Part shown: positions 19,674 through 30,588 of the stretch, one piece after another
Position numbering within the stretch: the first letter of the stretch is position 1
Layout: the number at the start of each line of letters is the position of its first letter
Made by a program: the position numbers and the translations under genes
Assembly: GCA_963666985.2 (NCBI GenBank)
Contig: CAXXIA010000003.1
Location: forward strand, 96,001-160,000
Origin: Spirochaetia bacterium
Lineage (GTDB): Bacteria > Spirochaetota > Spirochaetia > DSM-2461
Direction: 5' to 3'
Length of the DNA: 64,000 nucleotides
Notes under the pieces: generated by a model
The model's input: the letters and a program-made list of their open reading frames with translations, nothing else
What the model was told of the DNA's origin: nothing
The model's database searches: none

Positions 19674-21110
19674 CTAAAATCCTCCGAAGTATTTTCGAGC
19701 GCCGATAACGGCATCAATCAGCCTGTCGATATCGCCGAGGGTGTTGTACGGCGCCAGAGAGGCCCGGGCCGTCGAGGGAATACCCATCAGACGCATGGCC
19801 GGCTGGGCGCAATGATGTCCGGAACGAACGGCGACATTTTCCCGACTCAGATACTGTGCCGCATCATGACTGTGAATACCTTCCAAGTTGAAGGAATAAA
19901 CCGCGCGGCGTTCGTCGGGATGTTCCGGGCCGTAGAGAGTCAGTCCGTCCACGGCTTCCAGTTTCTTTTGCATGGAAAGTTCAAGATAACGTTCCCGCTT
20001 TTCCAGAGCCTCAATGCCTTTGCCCATCATCCACTCAAGAGCGGCCGCCAATCCCACGGCCGCTTCGACATTCGGGGTACCGGCTTCGAATTTATAGGGA
20101 AGTTCGTTCCATGTGGTTTTCTCCGGCTTCACAACGGAAATCATTTCCCCGCCGCTCTGCCAGGGCGGCATTTTCTCCAGCCACTCTTCCCGTCCCCAAA
20201 GGGCGCCGGAACCCATGGGACCATAGACCTTATGACCGCTGAAAACCACAAAATCCGCACCGATCTTCCTCACGTCGATGGGCAAATGAGGTACGGATTG
20301 GGCCGCATCCAGAACCAGCGGTATGTTTCTCTCCCGGCACCATTGGGAAAGAATACGCACCGGATTAACCGTTCCGAAGGCATTCGAGACATGGGCCAAA
20401 GCGGCGATTTTCACGCGATCGGCCCGGCCGTCCGAAGCGATCGCTTCAAGAAAATTCATATCAAGTGTTCCGTCGGACAGGCCGGGAAGAAGCAAAAGCT
20501 CGGCGCCCTTTCGAAGGGCCGCCTGCTGCCAGGGAACGAAGTTGGAATGATGTTCCAGTGAACCGATCAGAACGATATCACCTTCTCCAAGGAGAAGCTC
20601 CGAAAGAGACCATGCCAGAAAATTCAGTCCCTCGGTGGCTCCCCTCGTAAAAATAATCTCCCGGGGCGAGGAGGCGCCGAGAAACGTCTCCACGGTTCGC
20701 CTTGCGTTTTCATACGCCAGGGTGGAACGTTCGGCCAAAGCGTATAGAGAACGGTGGACGTTGGCATTGCTTTCCCGGTAATAGCGTTCGACGGCATCCA
20801 GAACGGCCGCGGGTTTCTGAGTGGTGGCGGCGTTGTCCAAATAGACCAGATTCGGATTCGCCGCAAGAAGCGGAAATTCATCTTTGAGAGAATCGTTGAG
20901 GCGGATGGAACGCCCTTCGGCCGACTCGTCGGTTTCGACCGCTGAAACGCCGATTCCGCCGGGAACGGACGCACCCTGGCGAACGGACGCGGCGCGGCCG
21001 GCTTGGATAGGCGGCGAGGATTTGTCTTTGCCGAACCTTCCCAAAAAAGCATCGCCGATTCGCTCGTCCGGAATCATTCCATCTTTTGTATTACTGCCGT
21101 TCATCGTCAC
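19674..21110 (-). CDS. sufS: SufS cysteine desulfurase with an N-terminal extension of about 70 aa
   Basis: YLDNAATTQKP, EHHSNFVPWQ, SGHKVYGP, FEAGTP and VRSGHHCAQP motifs. Confidence 0.95.
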   Translation of the reverse strand: MTMNGSNTKDGMIPDERIGDAFLGRFGKDKSSPPIQAGRAASVRQGASVPGGIGVSAVETDESAEGRSIRLNDSLKDEFPLLAANPNLVYLDNAATTQKPAAVLDAVERYYRESNANVHRSLYALAERSTLAYENARRTVETFLGASSPREIIFTRGATEGLNFLAWSLSELLLGEGDIVLIGSLEHHSNFVPWQQAALRKGAELLLLPGLSDGTLDMNFLEAIASDGRADRVKIAALAHVSNAFGTVNPVRILSQWCRERNIPLVLDAAQSVPHLPIDVRKIGADFVVFSGHKVYGPMGSGALWGREEWLEKMPPWQSGGEMISVVKPEKTTWNELPYKFEAGTPNVEAAVGLAAALEWMMGKGIEALEKRERYLELSMQKKLEAVDGLTLYGPEHPDERRAVYSFNLEGIHSHDAAQYLSRENVAVRSGHHCAQPAMRLMGIPSTARASLAPYNTLGDIDRLIDAVIGARKYFGGF

Positions 21111-21119
21111 AATTCATTT

Positions 21120-22478
21120 TCACCCAACCGCAAGCGCCGCGTCCAGGTCTCCCGAGAGAATCTCCGCAACCTCTTCGGGAAGACCTTCAAGAGCTCCGCA
21201 AAGAAATCCCCGAATCAGTTCCCCGCGGGCCTCCTCGGGCGAGAACCCGCGGCTCTGCAGATAGAAGGTTTGGAGCGGATCGATTTTTCCGGAAGTGGAA
21301 CCGTGACTGCACTTCACATCGTCGGTAAGAATATCCAATTGCGGCAGAGAATCAGCGCGAGCTCCGTCGCCCAATAACAAGTTGTTGTTCGTCAGATACG
21401 CATCGGTTCCGGACGCATTGGGATCGACAACGATCAATCCCTGAAACACGCTTCTTGCGCCGGGGCTGACCGCGCCTTTGTAAAGCGCATTGGAAAAAGC
21501 TTTGGGAGCTCTATGCTCCTGGCGGGTTCCGATGTCCATATGCCGCCCAAAAGAGGCGACAAGGAGTCCGTTGAGAAGGGCCTCGGAACCCGGACCGTTC
21601 AAAACGGTCCGAACGCGGCTTTTCACCAGAGCTCCGCCGAAATGGGCTTCGTGAAAACGAAGGCGGGCATCACGAGCGGCCGAGAGCCTGTCATGAAGAA
21701 AGAAAACAACCCGATTACTCAATATCTGCCTGAGGATGATATTCACCGAAGAATCGGCGGCCGCTTCGGCGCTTAAGGCCGCGTTGATAATTGGAGTAAC
21801 GCTCTCGGGGAAATCCGGAGATCCTTCGAAAGACCAAAGCACCGAAAGAGAAGCGCTTTCTTCCGCTTCGATATGAAGATGAGGTAAGGAAATCAGAGGC
21901 TTGTTCTCATCCGGGAGAATAAGATGTTCTTCCACCAGTACGGGTTCGGTGATTTGAGAACCGCGGGAAACGCGGAGTACAAGAGATCCGGAAAGATCGC
22001 GCCAATGCCAAGCCGTAATCCTTTCCCGGGAGGAACGAAGTTCATCGGCTCCCATCCGTATAAGGCTCTCCGGGAAGTCCCCGGAATCGGCCCATTCAAC
22101 GGCCAGACCGGCCTCCGCGGCCTTCGGCGAAAGTGTAATGGAAACAGGCCGTCCGGCTTCGGTTACGATATGAGCCGCATAGTTCTCAAGCGATAAGCGG
22201 CCCTCCGAGCTTCCGCCGGCCGATGCTGAAACGTGTTCGTCGGTTTCCGGTCCGCCGGATTCAGAATCGGAACAGTCATACAGCGAATTCCGCTGGACGC
22301 GGGAGATTTCGGCGGCGGCACGATCGGCCCAGGTGGCTTCGGCGCCTCTTTCCAGAATGCCGTGAGGAAGAAGCCGGGAGAGATCCGTCCGCCGCCACTC
22401 TTCATCATCGGGCCTTGGCCAGTTTAAATTTTCAAACAACACCGAAGCTTCGGCCGTGAGGAGATTGTTAATTGCCAT
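21120..22478 (-). CDS. sufD: SufD Fe-S assembly protein
   Basis: DEEWRRTDL, SVFQGLIVV, PQLDILTDDVKCSHG and FYLQSRG motifs. Confidence 0.92.
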   Translation of the reverse strand: MAINNLLTAEASVLFENLNWPRPDDEEWRRTDLSRLLPHGILERGAEATWADRAAAEISRVQRNSLYDCSDSESGGPETDEHVSASAGGSSEGRLSLENYAAHIVTEAGRPVSITLSPKAAEAGLAVEWADSGDFPESLIRMGADELRSSRERITAWHWRDLSGSLVLRVSRGSQITEPVLVEEHLILPDENKPLISLPHLHIEAEESASLSVLWSFEGSPDFPESVTPIINAALSAEAAADSSVNIILRQILSNRVVFFLHDRLSAARDARLRFHEAHFGGALVKSRVRTVLNGPGSEALLNGLLVASFGRHMDIGTRQEHRAPKAFSNALYKGAVSPGARSVFQGLIVVDPNASGTDAYLTNNNLLLGDGARADSLPQLDILTDDVKCSHGSTSGKIDPLQTFYLQSRGFSPEEARGELIRGFLCGALEGLPEEVAEILSGDLDAALAVG

Positions 22479-23885
22479 TTATCCCACACTTCCTTCCATT
22501 TCAAGTTCAATGAGCCTATTGAGTTCCACGGCATATTCCATGGGCAGCTGCTTGACCAAAGGTTCGAGAAAACCATTGACGATCATCATCGATGCCTCTT
22601 CTTCACTGAGGCCCCGGGCCATCAGATAGAACAGCTGATCCTCGCTGATTCTGCTCACGAGAGCCTCATGCTCCATGGAGACATCTTCCGATTCTATTTC
22701 CATATAGGGAAATGTTCTGGTTATTGAAGTCTCATCCAAAAGCAGGGCATCGCAGATAACATGGCTCTTTACGTTCTTTAATCCCTCCGCCACTTTAACA
22801 AGACCTCGATAGGAGGCGATCCCGCCGTCCTTGCTGATGGATTTGCTGGTAATGACGCTGGACGTGTTCGAAGCTTTATGAACGGCTTTTCCTCCGGTAT
22901 CCTGTTCCTGCCCTCTTCCGCCGAACGCGATGGAAAGAATTTCGCCGTGAGCTCCTTCGCCCGTTAAATAGACCGCCGGGTACTTCATCGTCCGTTTGGA
23001 CCCGATGTTGCCGTCCACCCATTCCACCGCGGCGTTTTTTTTCACAAGGGCCCGCTGGGTTACCAAGTTGTACACATTCCCGGACCAATTTTGTATGGTC
23101 GTATAGCGAACCCGCGCGCCTTCTTCCGCGATGATTTCAACAACGGCGCTGTGCAGTAAATCGGTGGTATAGATTGGAGCGGTGCAGCCTTCAATGTAAT
23201 GAACGAAGCTGTTTTTATCGGCGATTATCAGGGTTCTCTCGAACTGGCCGAGATTCTCCGAATTGATGCGGAAATAGGATTGAAGAGGAATCTCGACTTT
23301 CACATTCGGCGGTATATAAAGAAACGTTCCGCCGGACCATGCCGCCGAGTTCAATGCGGAAAATTTGTTGTCGTTATAGGGAACGACTTTGCCGAAATAC
23401 TTTCGAACAAGATCCGGATGCCTGGCCACGGCCTCTTCCGGAGGCAGAAAGATAACGCCTTGTTCTTCCAAACCCGCCTTAATGGAATGGTACACCACTT
23501 CCGAATCGTATTGAGCTCCCATCCCCGCCAGAAATTTCCGTTCGGCTTCGGGAAGTCCCAGCTTGTCGTAAGTGTTCAGGATGTCTTCGGGAAGATCTTC
23601 CCAATTCGCCACTCCCTCATCAATCGGCTTGATATAGTAATACACATCATCGAAATCGAAATCTCCAATCTCGGCGCCCCAATTCGGCATGGGCTTTCGC
23701 CGAAAGGCACGCAAAGCCCGAAGACGGTATTCCAGCATCCATTCCGGTTCGTTTTTATGGGCGCTGATGGTCCGAATGATTTTTTCATTCAAGCCTTTCT
23801 CCGGTTTAAACACGGAAATTTCCGGATCGGAGAATCCGAATTGATAATCCGAGAGTCCGGAAACCGGCGCTTGAGTATCGATCAT
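22479..23885 (-). CDS. sufB: SufB Fe-S assembly protein
   Basis: GQFERTLII, YIEGCTAP, LHSAVVEI, CDALL and HEA..EDQLFYLMARG motifs. Confidence 0.97.
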   Translation of the reverse strand: MIDTQAPVSGLSDYQFGFSDPEISVFKPEKGLNEKIIRTISAHKNEPEWMLEYRLRALRAFRRKPMPNWGAEIGDFDFDDVYYYIKPIDEGVANWEDLPEDILNTYDKLGLPEAERKFLAGMGAQYDSEVVYHSIKAGLEEQGVIFLPPEEAVARHPDLVRKYFGKVVPYNDNKFSALNSAAWSGGTFLYIPPNVKVEIPLQSYFRINSENLGQFERTLIIADKNSFVHYIEGCTAPIYTTDLLHSAVVEIIAEEGARVRYTTIQNWSGNVYNLVTQRALVKKNAAVEWVDGNIGSKRTMKYPAVYLTGEGAHGEILSIAFGGRGQEQDTGGKAVHKASNTSSVITSKSISKDGGIASYRGLVKVAEGLKNVKSHVICDALLLDETSITRTFPYMEIESEDVSMEHEALVSRISEDQLFYLMARGLSEEEASMMIVNGFLEPLVKQLPMEYAVELNRLIELEMEGSVG

Positions 23886-24724
23886 GATGCGGCCTCCCGA
23901 TGATTCGATGCGGAGCTCCTTTTTTCCGCGCCCGCTCCGCTCGTGTCCGAACCGAAACCGCCGGCCTCATCATCGTCCGGCAGCAAGGTTTCCTTCACCC
24001 AGTCGTATCCTTTGGCTTCCAGTTCACGGGCCACGTCGCTTCCTCCCGAAAGAACAATGCGGCCGTTCACCATAACATGGACTTTATCGGGCTTAACATA
24101 ATTAAGAATGCGCTGATAATGCGTAATCACCAATCCGGCGAATCCCCTGCCGCGCAGTTTGTTTATTCCATTGGAAACCACCTGGAGGGCATCGATATCC
24201 AATCCGGAGTCGGTTTCATCCAGCACGGCAAAATCCGGTTTAAGCATCATCATCTGCAGGATTTCCATGCGCTTCTTCTCGCCTCCGGAAAAACCTTCGT
24301 TTAAATATCGATTAATGAATTTCCTATCGATATGCATGAAATCCATGGCGGAACCAAGCTCTTTGACATAGGAGCTCAGATTAAAGATTTCCTCTTCGCC
24401 GCGGCGAAGCTCCACGGCCCGTTTAAGGAATTTGCTTATCGTAATCCCCGGAACCTCCACGGGATATTGGAATGCCAGAAACAGCCCGGTTCGAGCACGT
24501 TCATGCGCCTCCAATTCCAAAAGATCCGTATCGCCCAGAAAAGCCGATCCGCCTGTTACTTCATACTGCGGGTATCCGGCCAGAACATTGGCCAGGGTAC
24601 TCTTGCCCGAGCCGTTCGGCCCCATCAGGGCATGGATTTCGCCATCGGGTATTTCCAAAGAAACACCCTTTAATATCTGCCGATCCGGCAATCCGGCTCT
24701 CAAATCTTTAATCGTAAGATTCAT
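23882..24724 (-). CDS. sufC: SufC Fe-S assembly ATPase
   Basis: MGPNGSGKSTL, FLAFQYPVEVPG, NEGFSGGEKKRMEILQ, LDETDSGLDIDAL and ITHYQRIL motifs. Confidence 0.97.
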   Translation of the reverse strand: MNLTIKDLRAGLPDRQILKGVSLEIPDGEIHALMGPNGSGKSTLANVLAGYPQYEVTGGSAFLGDTDLLELEAHERARTGLFLAFQYPVEVPGITISKFLKRAVELRRGEEEIFNLSSYVKELGSAMDFMHIDRKFINRYLNEGFSGGEKKRMEILQMMMLKPDFAVLDETDSGLDIDALQVVSNGINKLRGRGFAGLVITHYQRILNYVKPDKVHVMVNGRIVLSGGSDVARELEAKGYDWVKETLLPDDDEAGGFGSDTSGAGAEKRSSASNHREAAS

Positions 24725-24810
24725 TATCTTGATTCTCCTTCCCGTTCTTCACAGGCTCCCTCGGCAGCGTGTAATTCAAGATATCCACGAAAGCCCGTCA
24801 TCTTGACTTA

Positions 24811-25293
24811 TCACCGTTTCATTCCGCCGCGTACTTGAGGATGGAGTTCACTCGAACGGCGGTCCTTTTCGTCCATACCTTCCGGGTCGGTACGGAAGAA
24901 CTCATCCAAAGTCGTCTTCTCAACGAAACACATCCATTGTGCCTGAAACATGCGAACGGCCGGTTTGATAATGCAGCCGGACTCTTCCCGGACACAGATG
25001 CCTTCCTCGGAGAGGCAGTCGGCAATGCATTCTTTCCCCCGAACGGCTCTGAGAACGGTTCCCAACGAAATCTCTTCGGGAGTCCGGGCCAGTTTGTAGC
25101 CGCCTTTGGGGCCCATCACCGCATGCACCACTCCGCCGGAACTGAGCTGTTGAAGGATGCGGGCCAGCAGTTTATACGGAAGGGAATAACGGTCCGACAG
25201 CTCCCTGGCCGAAATCAGGCTCTCTTGAGAAAAACGTCCCATGCCGACCAGGGCGATCAGCGCGTATTCCATGTCTTTGCCGAATCGAAACAT
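24811..25293 (-). CDS. Rrf2 family transcriptional regulator (IscR/SufR-like, Cys-containing)
   Basis: YALIAL..LARILQQL..GPKGGYKLAR..ISLG wHTH; Cys cluster CIADC..C..C; first gene of the suf operon. Confidence 0.92.
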   Translation of the reverse strand: MFRFGKDMEYALIALVGMGRFSQESLISARELSDRYSLPYKLLARILQQLSSGGVVHAVMGPKGGYKLARTPEEISLGTVLRAVRGKECIADCLSEEGICVREESGCIIKPAVRMFQAQWMCFVEKTTLDEFFRTDPEGMDEKDRRSSELHPQVRGGMKR

Positions 25294-25300
25294 CGAACCT

Positions 25301-25331
25301 GCCTAGTACTACTCATTTTGTAGTACTAGGC
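25301..25331. promoter_or_regulatory. Perfect 12-7-12 palindrome, putative Rrf2 operator
   Basis: GCCTAGTACTAC-tcatttt-GTAGTACTAGGC directly upstream of the rrf2 start, overlapping the -10 element and start-site region. Confidence 0.75.
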
Positions 25332-25356
25332 TATCTATTAGGATAAACTAAGTCAA
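25328..25356 (-). promoter_or_regulatory. Putative sigma70 promoter of rrf2-suf operon
   Basis: On the minus strand, TTGACT-17 bp-TAGCCT. Confidence 0.55.
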
Positions 25357-25444
25357 TATTTATTTACTATTTTGTAATATTTATGTGTCGAGAAAACCGT
25401 CCGCATCGAATGGAACTCGGAGAAATCCCGAAACAGGCCTGGAA

Positions 25445-27268
25445 TCAAGTTTTAAAGAGTTCGACTCGCCGATTCAGCTTAACGGCGACATCCGAAAGCT
25501 TGGCCGTACAAAGACTGAGACGCTCCTGCGAATTGACGGCATCTTCGGTTTTTCCGGTGATATCCGCGCCGGCTTCAGTGGCCATGTTCGATGCGGTTTC
25601 CAGCCGGCCTATAACGTCTCCGACACCTTCGGTTTCCTTTTTCATGAGTCCCGCGTCTTCGCGAAGACCCAAGGAATGAGTTCTGAGTTCATTCATGGAA
25701 GACATCACCTGACCGGCGCCGGCGCCGAGTTCCGCGACTCCGGTTTCGATTTCCTTCAGCGAATCGACGAGTTTGCGCACCTCGAGATTCATGGAGTCGA
25801 AAATCTCGGCCGTATCGCCGCCGAGTTCCGACGAATTCTCTATGGAATCGACAATTCCGGATACGGCATCGTTGATGCGTCGGGAATTCTCGCTCGTATT
25901 CTCGGCGAGTTTTTTGATTTCATCGGCCACGACGGCAAATCCGCGTCCGGCCTCTCCTGCATGCGCCGCTTCGATGGCGGCGTTCATCGCAAGAAGATTG
26001 GTCTGTCCGGCAATGGCTTTTATCAACTCCGTAATCTCCATGATTAAGTTGATTCCCTTGTGAATGCGCTCCACGGCTGTGAGCGTCAGATTCAGATTTT
26101 CACTTCCCCGAACAGCGTAATCCGCGAGATGCTCGGCGGCGGCCAATCGCTGTTTCGCTACGGTATTGATGGTACCCACGGACGCTGTGATCTGGTTCAG
26201 AGCCGCCGTAGACTGTTCCGACATCACCGCCTGTTCGTCGATATGCGACACGACCGATCCGATGTTCTCCGTCAGCGCCTCCAACAGACTTCGAGCCTGT
26301 TCGACTTCCCGCCCCATGGTCATCATGCTCGCATCAACGTCTTTCGCTCCCCCGCTGATTCCGCTGATGACGCGCCGGGTATCCAGGGAGGCCGTCGAAA
26401 GCATTTCACCCGCCTCTCGGGCTTCGTCCACGGTGGACTTGAGCCCCTCGGCCAGATTGAACAGGTAGGAACGAGTTTTATTGCAGCTGTCGATGAGTTC
26501 GCCGAATTCATCCCGGCTCATCGTGGGAAGACGATTTCCCGTTAAATCCCCTTCGGCCAGTGCTCCGGTAAAATCCCTCACCGCCGACAAGCGGCCGTTG
26601 ATGCCCTTGGCAAGGAGAAAATTATCCATGAGAACGAAGAACAGAACAAAAACCGATCCCGCGGCGATAAGCCCGGCTCGAATTCCTTCGGTATGGGCGA
26701 AGGCGCCCATGATGACGATAACGAGAAGACCGATGGAACCGAGAGTCGTGAAGCCGGCGATAAGCAGGGCACGGGTTAGATACGGCATCGATCGATGAAC
26801 ATGGGAAAACGGAAGATCCCAAGAATACTGCTCGATTCTCTGCAAAAAATGGATATAGAAAAAAAGCGACGTTAGAAACGTGAACGACAGACAGAGAATC
26901 GCGAATCCCGGAGGAAGCCCCGGCTCCAAAAAGGAGGACACCCTCGGAAGAACAAGTCCGACGGCCAAGGAGAGCATGTTGGGTAAATAGATACTGATTT
27001 TTTGGTAAACGATAATGGCTTTCTGGGCGGGTTCCATATCCTCATCGGATCGAGTTTCAAGCCACCGATCGACTTTCCTGAGAAAAAGGAAAACCATAAC
27101 GAGGGTAGAAAGAACGCAGATTGCCGCAAAAACAAGAAAAACAGGATTCCCATAAAGATACAGAACCTCTCTCATGGAAGATCCCTTAAGAAAAACAACC
27201 GTCGGTACGGCAAGGAGAGGACCTATAATCGCCGTTAGAAAATTAAACACAATAATCTTGGATCGCAC
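25445..27268 (-). CDS. Methyl-accepting chemotaxis protein with multi-TM N-terminus and HAMP
   Basis: About 6 TM helices, HAMP (SRDEFGEL) and the signalling tip [38 protein letters not shown]. Confidence 0.95.
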   Translation of the reverse strand: MRSKIIVFNFLTAIIGPLLAVPTVVFLKGSSMREVLYLYGNPVFLVFAAICVLSTLVMVFLFLRKVDRWLETRSDEDMEPAQKAIIVYQKISIYLPNMLSLAVGLVLPRVSSFLEPGLPPGFAILCLSFTFLTSLFFYIHFLQRIEQYSWDLPFSHVHRSMPYLTRALLIAGFTTLGSIGLLVIVIMGAFAHTEGIRAGLIAAGSVFVLFFVLMDNFLLAKGINGRLSAVRDFTGALAEGDLTGNRLPTMSRDEFGELIDSCNKTRSYLFNLAEGLKSTVDEAREAGEMLSTASLDTRRVISGISGGAKDVDASMMTMGREVEQARSLLEALTENIGSVVSHIDEQAVMSEQSTAALNQITASVGTINTVAKQRLAAAEHLADYAVRGSENLNLTLTAVERIHKGINLIMEITELIKAIAGQTNLLAMNAAIEAAHAGEAGRGFAVVADEIKKLAENTSENSRRINDAVSGIVDSIENSSELGGDTAEIFDSMNLEVRKLVDSLKEIETGVAELGAGAGQVMSSMNELRTHSLGLREDAGLMKKETEGVGDVIGRLETASNMATEAGADITGKTEDAVNSQERLSLCTAKLSDVAVKLNRRVELFKT

Positions 27269-27653
27269 GGGAAGTACCTCCGAAGATGCTTGAAAATGGA
27301 ATAACTCATCTTATCTTTTTCCTGTGGATTATCTTCGGAACTTCGGATAAAAGCCAGAAAAATCGACTTTGATGAGCGCGAGATTCTTCGGAATCGGTTC
27401 TTGCGGCCGACCAAAGGAGAAAAGCGGTTCGCCTTTTGGCCGGCATCGAAAGACGGCCGGGCACCTGATTGTGCCAGGGGCCTGTCTCCACTTAATTGTG
27501 TACTCACCCGCGATGGGGCGGCGGTTTTACCGAAACGTTTCCGTTCCGCTTCTTCCGCAATAAAAAGGCTCCGCCGTTTTTTATTCAAAACCGCGGTCTT
27601 TTTCCCTCCAGGGATCCGATTCGGTGTATTCTTGAGCACACGACTGATTTTTT

Positions 27654-28295
27654 ATGGAGGAACGAATCGTGCTGGATCATCCGGAATTAACCGATCAGGC
27701 CATGGCCATGCTGCGCAAAGGGGACAACTTCAATTGGATACTCATCCCCATGCTTGCCGCCGTGATGTACATTTATTTTACCGCCGTGGAACAGAAAAAA
27801 TGGAATCAGATCGCCGCCGGTCTGTCTCTGTACATGACCCACTGGTTCTTTGAAATACTGAATGCCCTTATTCAAAAATTCTCCGGTCATGCCTTGTGGA
27901 CCGTCCCCGCCGGAACGTCCTTTTTACTTCTGGTGGGCGTCGGAGCCGAGCTTTCCCTGATGTTCTCGGTTGCGGGCCTCCTTTTCAGCAAGATTCTTCC
28001 CGAAGATCCCAAGAAAAAGATTCTCGGTCTGCCCAACCGCCTGGTTATCGCGGTGGGAAACGCGGCCTTCTTTTCCGTTTTTGAGATTTTCCTGGCCCGC
28101 ACCCCGGCTTTTCATTGGGTTTATCCCTGGTGGGGAAGCCTGCCCGTGTTCATAACGGTCTACATTCCCTTCTTCGTTATTTCCATGTACTGCCATGATT
28201 GGCCGAGAAAGGTACAGAAACGATTCATCGGCACTTTGGCGGGAATCAACGCCTTAATGCTGATTGTTTTCGCCGGCATTCTGCACTGGATCTGA
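27654..28295 (+). CDS. Hypothetical integral membrane protein
   Basis: 213-aa ORF with about 6 hydrophobic helices and coding-like codon use. Confidence 0.75.
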   Translation: MEERIVLDHPELTDQAMAMLRKGDNFNWILIPMLAAVMYIYFTAVEQKKWNQIAAGLSLYMTHWFFEILNALIQKFSGHALWTVPAGTSFLLLVGVGAELSLMFSVAGLLFSKILPEDPKKKILGLPNRLVIAVGNAAFFSVFEIFLARTPAFHWVYPWWGSLPVFITVYIPFFVISMYCHDWPRKVQKRFIGTLAGINALMLIVFAGILHWI

Positions 28296-28400
28296 TTGTT
28301 CCCGCTCTGAAGAAGCTTCGGCGCTTGGAAAAAAGCGCGGCCGAGTTATCCGGTCTGCGGTAAGCGAATGGTTCGCAGTAATCTGTTTCCCGGCGAATCT

Positions 28401-28426
28401 AAAAAAGCGGAGCCTGACGGCTCCGC
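28401..28426 (-). terminator. Intrinsic terminator downstream of hydA
   Basis: gcggagcc-tgac-ggctccgc hairpin with a T6 tract on the minus strand. Confidence 0.65.
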
Positions 28427-28550
28427 CGATATCGAGAATCCCCAACCGGGAGTTATCCCGGAAGAGTCATCTTTTAAAGTTCCCCGAATCCGTGAACCGG
28501 AGTATCCGACCGGCTTCGGGGATCAACCCAAAGACGGCCCGAAAGAATGA

Positions 28551-29957
28551 CTACAGGATGGCTCCTCCCGCTTCGCGGGGAACAAACCGGCCCGCGCCCT
28601 GCTCGCCGAGCCATTTATCACCGTCAACGATAAGGTTGCCTCGTGAGAACACCTTCACGGGCCAGCCCGTGACTTCGGTTCCTTCATAGCAGTTGTAATC
28701 CACGTTCATATGGTGCGTAGAGGCGCTGATGGTTCTTTTCATATCCGGATCGAAAAGAACGATGTCCGCGTCGGCGCCGACGGCGATGGTGCCTTTCTTG
28801 GGATACATGCCGAATATCTTCGCGGCGTTGGCCGACGAGAGGGCCACGAATTTTTCAGGGCTAATCAATCCGCTGTTCACGCCCAAATGCCACAGCATGA
28901 TGTAGCGATCCTCAATTCCGGGAACGCCGTTGGGCACCTTGGACCAATTCCCCTTACCCAATTCCTTTCCGGGGATTCGACCGTTTTTTCCTCCTTCGAA
29001 CCAGAACGGACAATGATCGGTCGCTACCGTTTGAATGGTGCCGTCGCCGATGCATTCATAAACAATGCTTTTGTCCCATTCGGTTTTCGGCGGCGGTGAG
29101 CAGATGTATTTGGCGCCTTCGAAGTCGGGGGTATCAATGCACTTATCGGTCAGCACCAGATATTGGATACATGTTTCAGCCATAACCGGCAGACCTTTTC
29201 TCCGGCCGCGCCTGATGGCCTGCAGTCCTTGACCGGCCGCGGTATGGACGATGTAAAGCGGTGCGCCGGTCATTTCCACAAAGTCAACGGCCCGGCTGGT
29301 GGCCTCGGCCTCGATAATGGCCGAGTGGGCCGCGTTATGATATCCCATGCCGGTTTTGCCTTCGGCCAAAAGTCTCTCGGTTTCCATGGCGATGGCGTCG
29401 CCGTTCTCGGCATGGACCATGGTGAGCATCTGTGCTTTCTCGGCGGCGGTGAGTATTTTCAGGAAAGCGGTATCGTCCACCTGAAAAACGCCTTTATAGG
29501 CCAGAAAAACCTTCAGGCTGGTAACACCCTCATCGATAAGGGAAGGAATCTCGGCGATGGTCGCGTCATTGGGATCGGTAACGGCCACGTGAAAGGCATA
29601 ATCCACGGCCGCTTTTCCCTCGGCTCTTTTTTTCCAGGCCTTAACTCCGTCCTTCAAACTCTCGCCCTTGGTCTGCAGGGCGAAATCGATATGGCAGGTG
29701 GTACCGCCGAAAGCCGCGGCGCGATGTCCGGTAAAAAAATCGTCCGAAGAGGTTGTGCCGCCGAAGGGCATATCCAAATGCGTATGAGGATCGATGCCGC
29801 CGGGCATTACAAGAAGCCCCTTTGCATCGATAACTTCGGCTCCTTCGGCATCCAGTCCGGTTCCGACGGCCGTTACAACGCCGTCCTGAATCAGAACATC
29901 GGCTTCCAAGGTGTCGCCGGCCGTGACGACGGTTCCGCCTTTGATGATTTTTTTCAT
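28551..29957 (-). CDS. hydA: Dihydropyrimidinase (D-hydantoinase)
   Basis: PGGIDPHTHL, AAAFGGTT, SLKVFLAY, VHAENG, YICSPP, TDHCPF and VPNGVPGIEDR motifs. Confidence 0.95.
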   Translation of the reverse strand: MKKIIKGGTVVTAGDTLEADVLIQDGVVTAVGTGLDAEGAEVIDAKGLLVMPGGIDPHTHLDMPFGGTTSSDDFFTGHRAAAFGGTTCHIDFALQTKGESLKDGVKAWKKRAEGKAAVDYAFHVAVTDPNDATIAEIPSLIDEGVTSLKVFLAYKGVFQVDDTAFLKILTAAEKAQMLTMVHAENGDAIAMETERLLAEGKTGMGYHNAAHSAIIEAEATSRAVDFVEMTGAPLYIVHTAAGQGLQAIRRGRRKGLPVMAETCIQYLVLTDKCIDTPDFEGAKYICSPPPKTEWDKSIVYECIGDGTIQTVATDHCPFWFEGGKNGRIPGKELGKGNWSKVPNGVPGIEDRYIMLWHLGVNSGLISPEKFVALSSANAAKIFGMYPKKGTIAVGADADIVLFDPDMKRTISASTHHMNVDYNCYEGTEVTGWPVKVFSRGNLIVDGDKWLGEQGAGRFVPREAGGAIL

Positions 29958-30135
29958 ATTCATACTCCTTATCTTGAGAAACAAGATACGTTTCTTCGGG
30001 AAAGAAGGCCGCCCCGAAAGTCGTATATATGCGATAGGCCGATTCCTTGAAACGGAAACAGTCTATTTTTTCCTATTATACTCCCATCCTTGACGAATGG
30101 GGTTTATGATTTCGATTTTTTCCGTCCACAGGCGT

Positions 30136-30588
30136 TCAACCGGCCTTCACATGAGACTTCAAAGCCGTAACCCACCTGGCAGGATGAGGGATTCTGTACG
30201 CGGCCCGTTCGGCGCTGTTCTCTTTTCCGTGAAATCCCACGGAAACAACCGTTTGATACAAATTCTTTCCGCAGAATTGATCCGTCGTCCCGATGGAGGT
30301 AATGGATTCCAGCGGTAAATCAAAACCTTTCCCGCCGAATCGGGATTGAAAGGCCAGAAGGCTGTCGGTTAGGATCAAAGCCCCCTGCATCTTCAGAGGT
30401 TTTTTGTTTTCACTCTCCACGCCGTAGAAAGTAACCGCAAAGGCGACATGCTTTGTTTCTTCTCGGGGAAATCGTTTCGCAATGGCATTTATTTCTCTCT
30501 GACGGATTACGGCCATTGCGATGACAACGAGGAAAATGACGGCTCCCATGAAGTAAGCCGGATTCAGGGTGGCTTCGAGTACGGGCAC
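30136..30588 (-). CDS. Hypothetical protein, N-terminal TM anchor + possible PH/GRAM-like domain
   Basis: One TM helix, then a GALILTD..LAF....FDLPLESITSI pattern and a C-terminal 'WVTAL' helix typical of PH-like folds. Confidence 0.6.
   Translation of the reverse strand: MPVLEATLNPAYFMGAVIFLVVIAMAVIRQREINAIAKRFPREETKHVAFAVTFYGVESENKKPLKMQGALILTDSLLAFQSRFGGKGFDLPLESITSIGTTDQFCGKNLYQTVVSVGFHGKENSAERAAYRIPHPARWVTALKSHVKAG

Noticed and set aside
24724..24801. 25-aa ORF (MTGFRGYLELHAAEGACEEREGESR) between rrf2 and sufC with TAATG overlap
   Set aside because: It has no clear RBS or recognisable motif and cannot be distinguished from chance.
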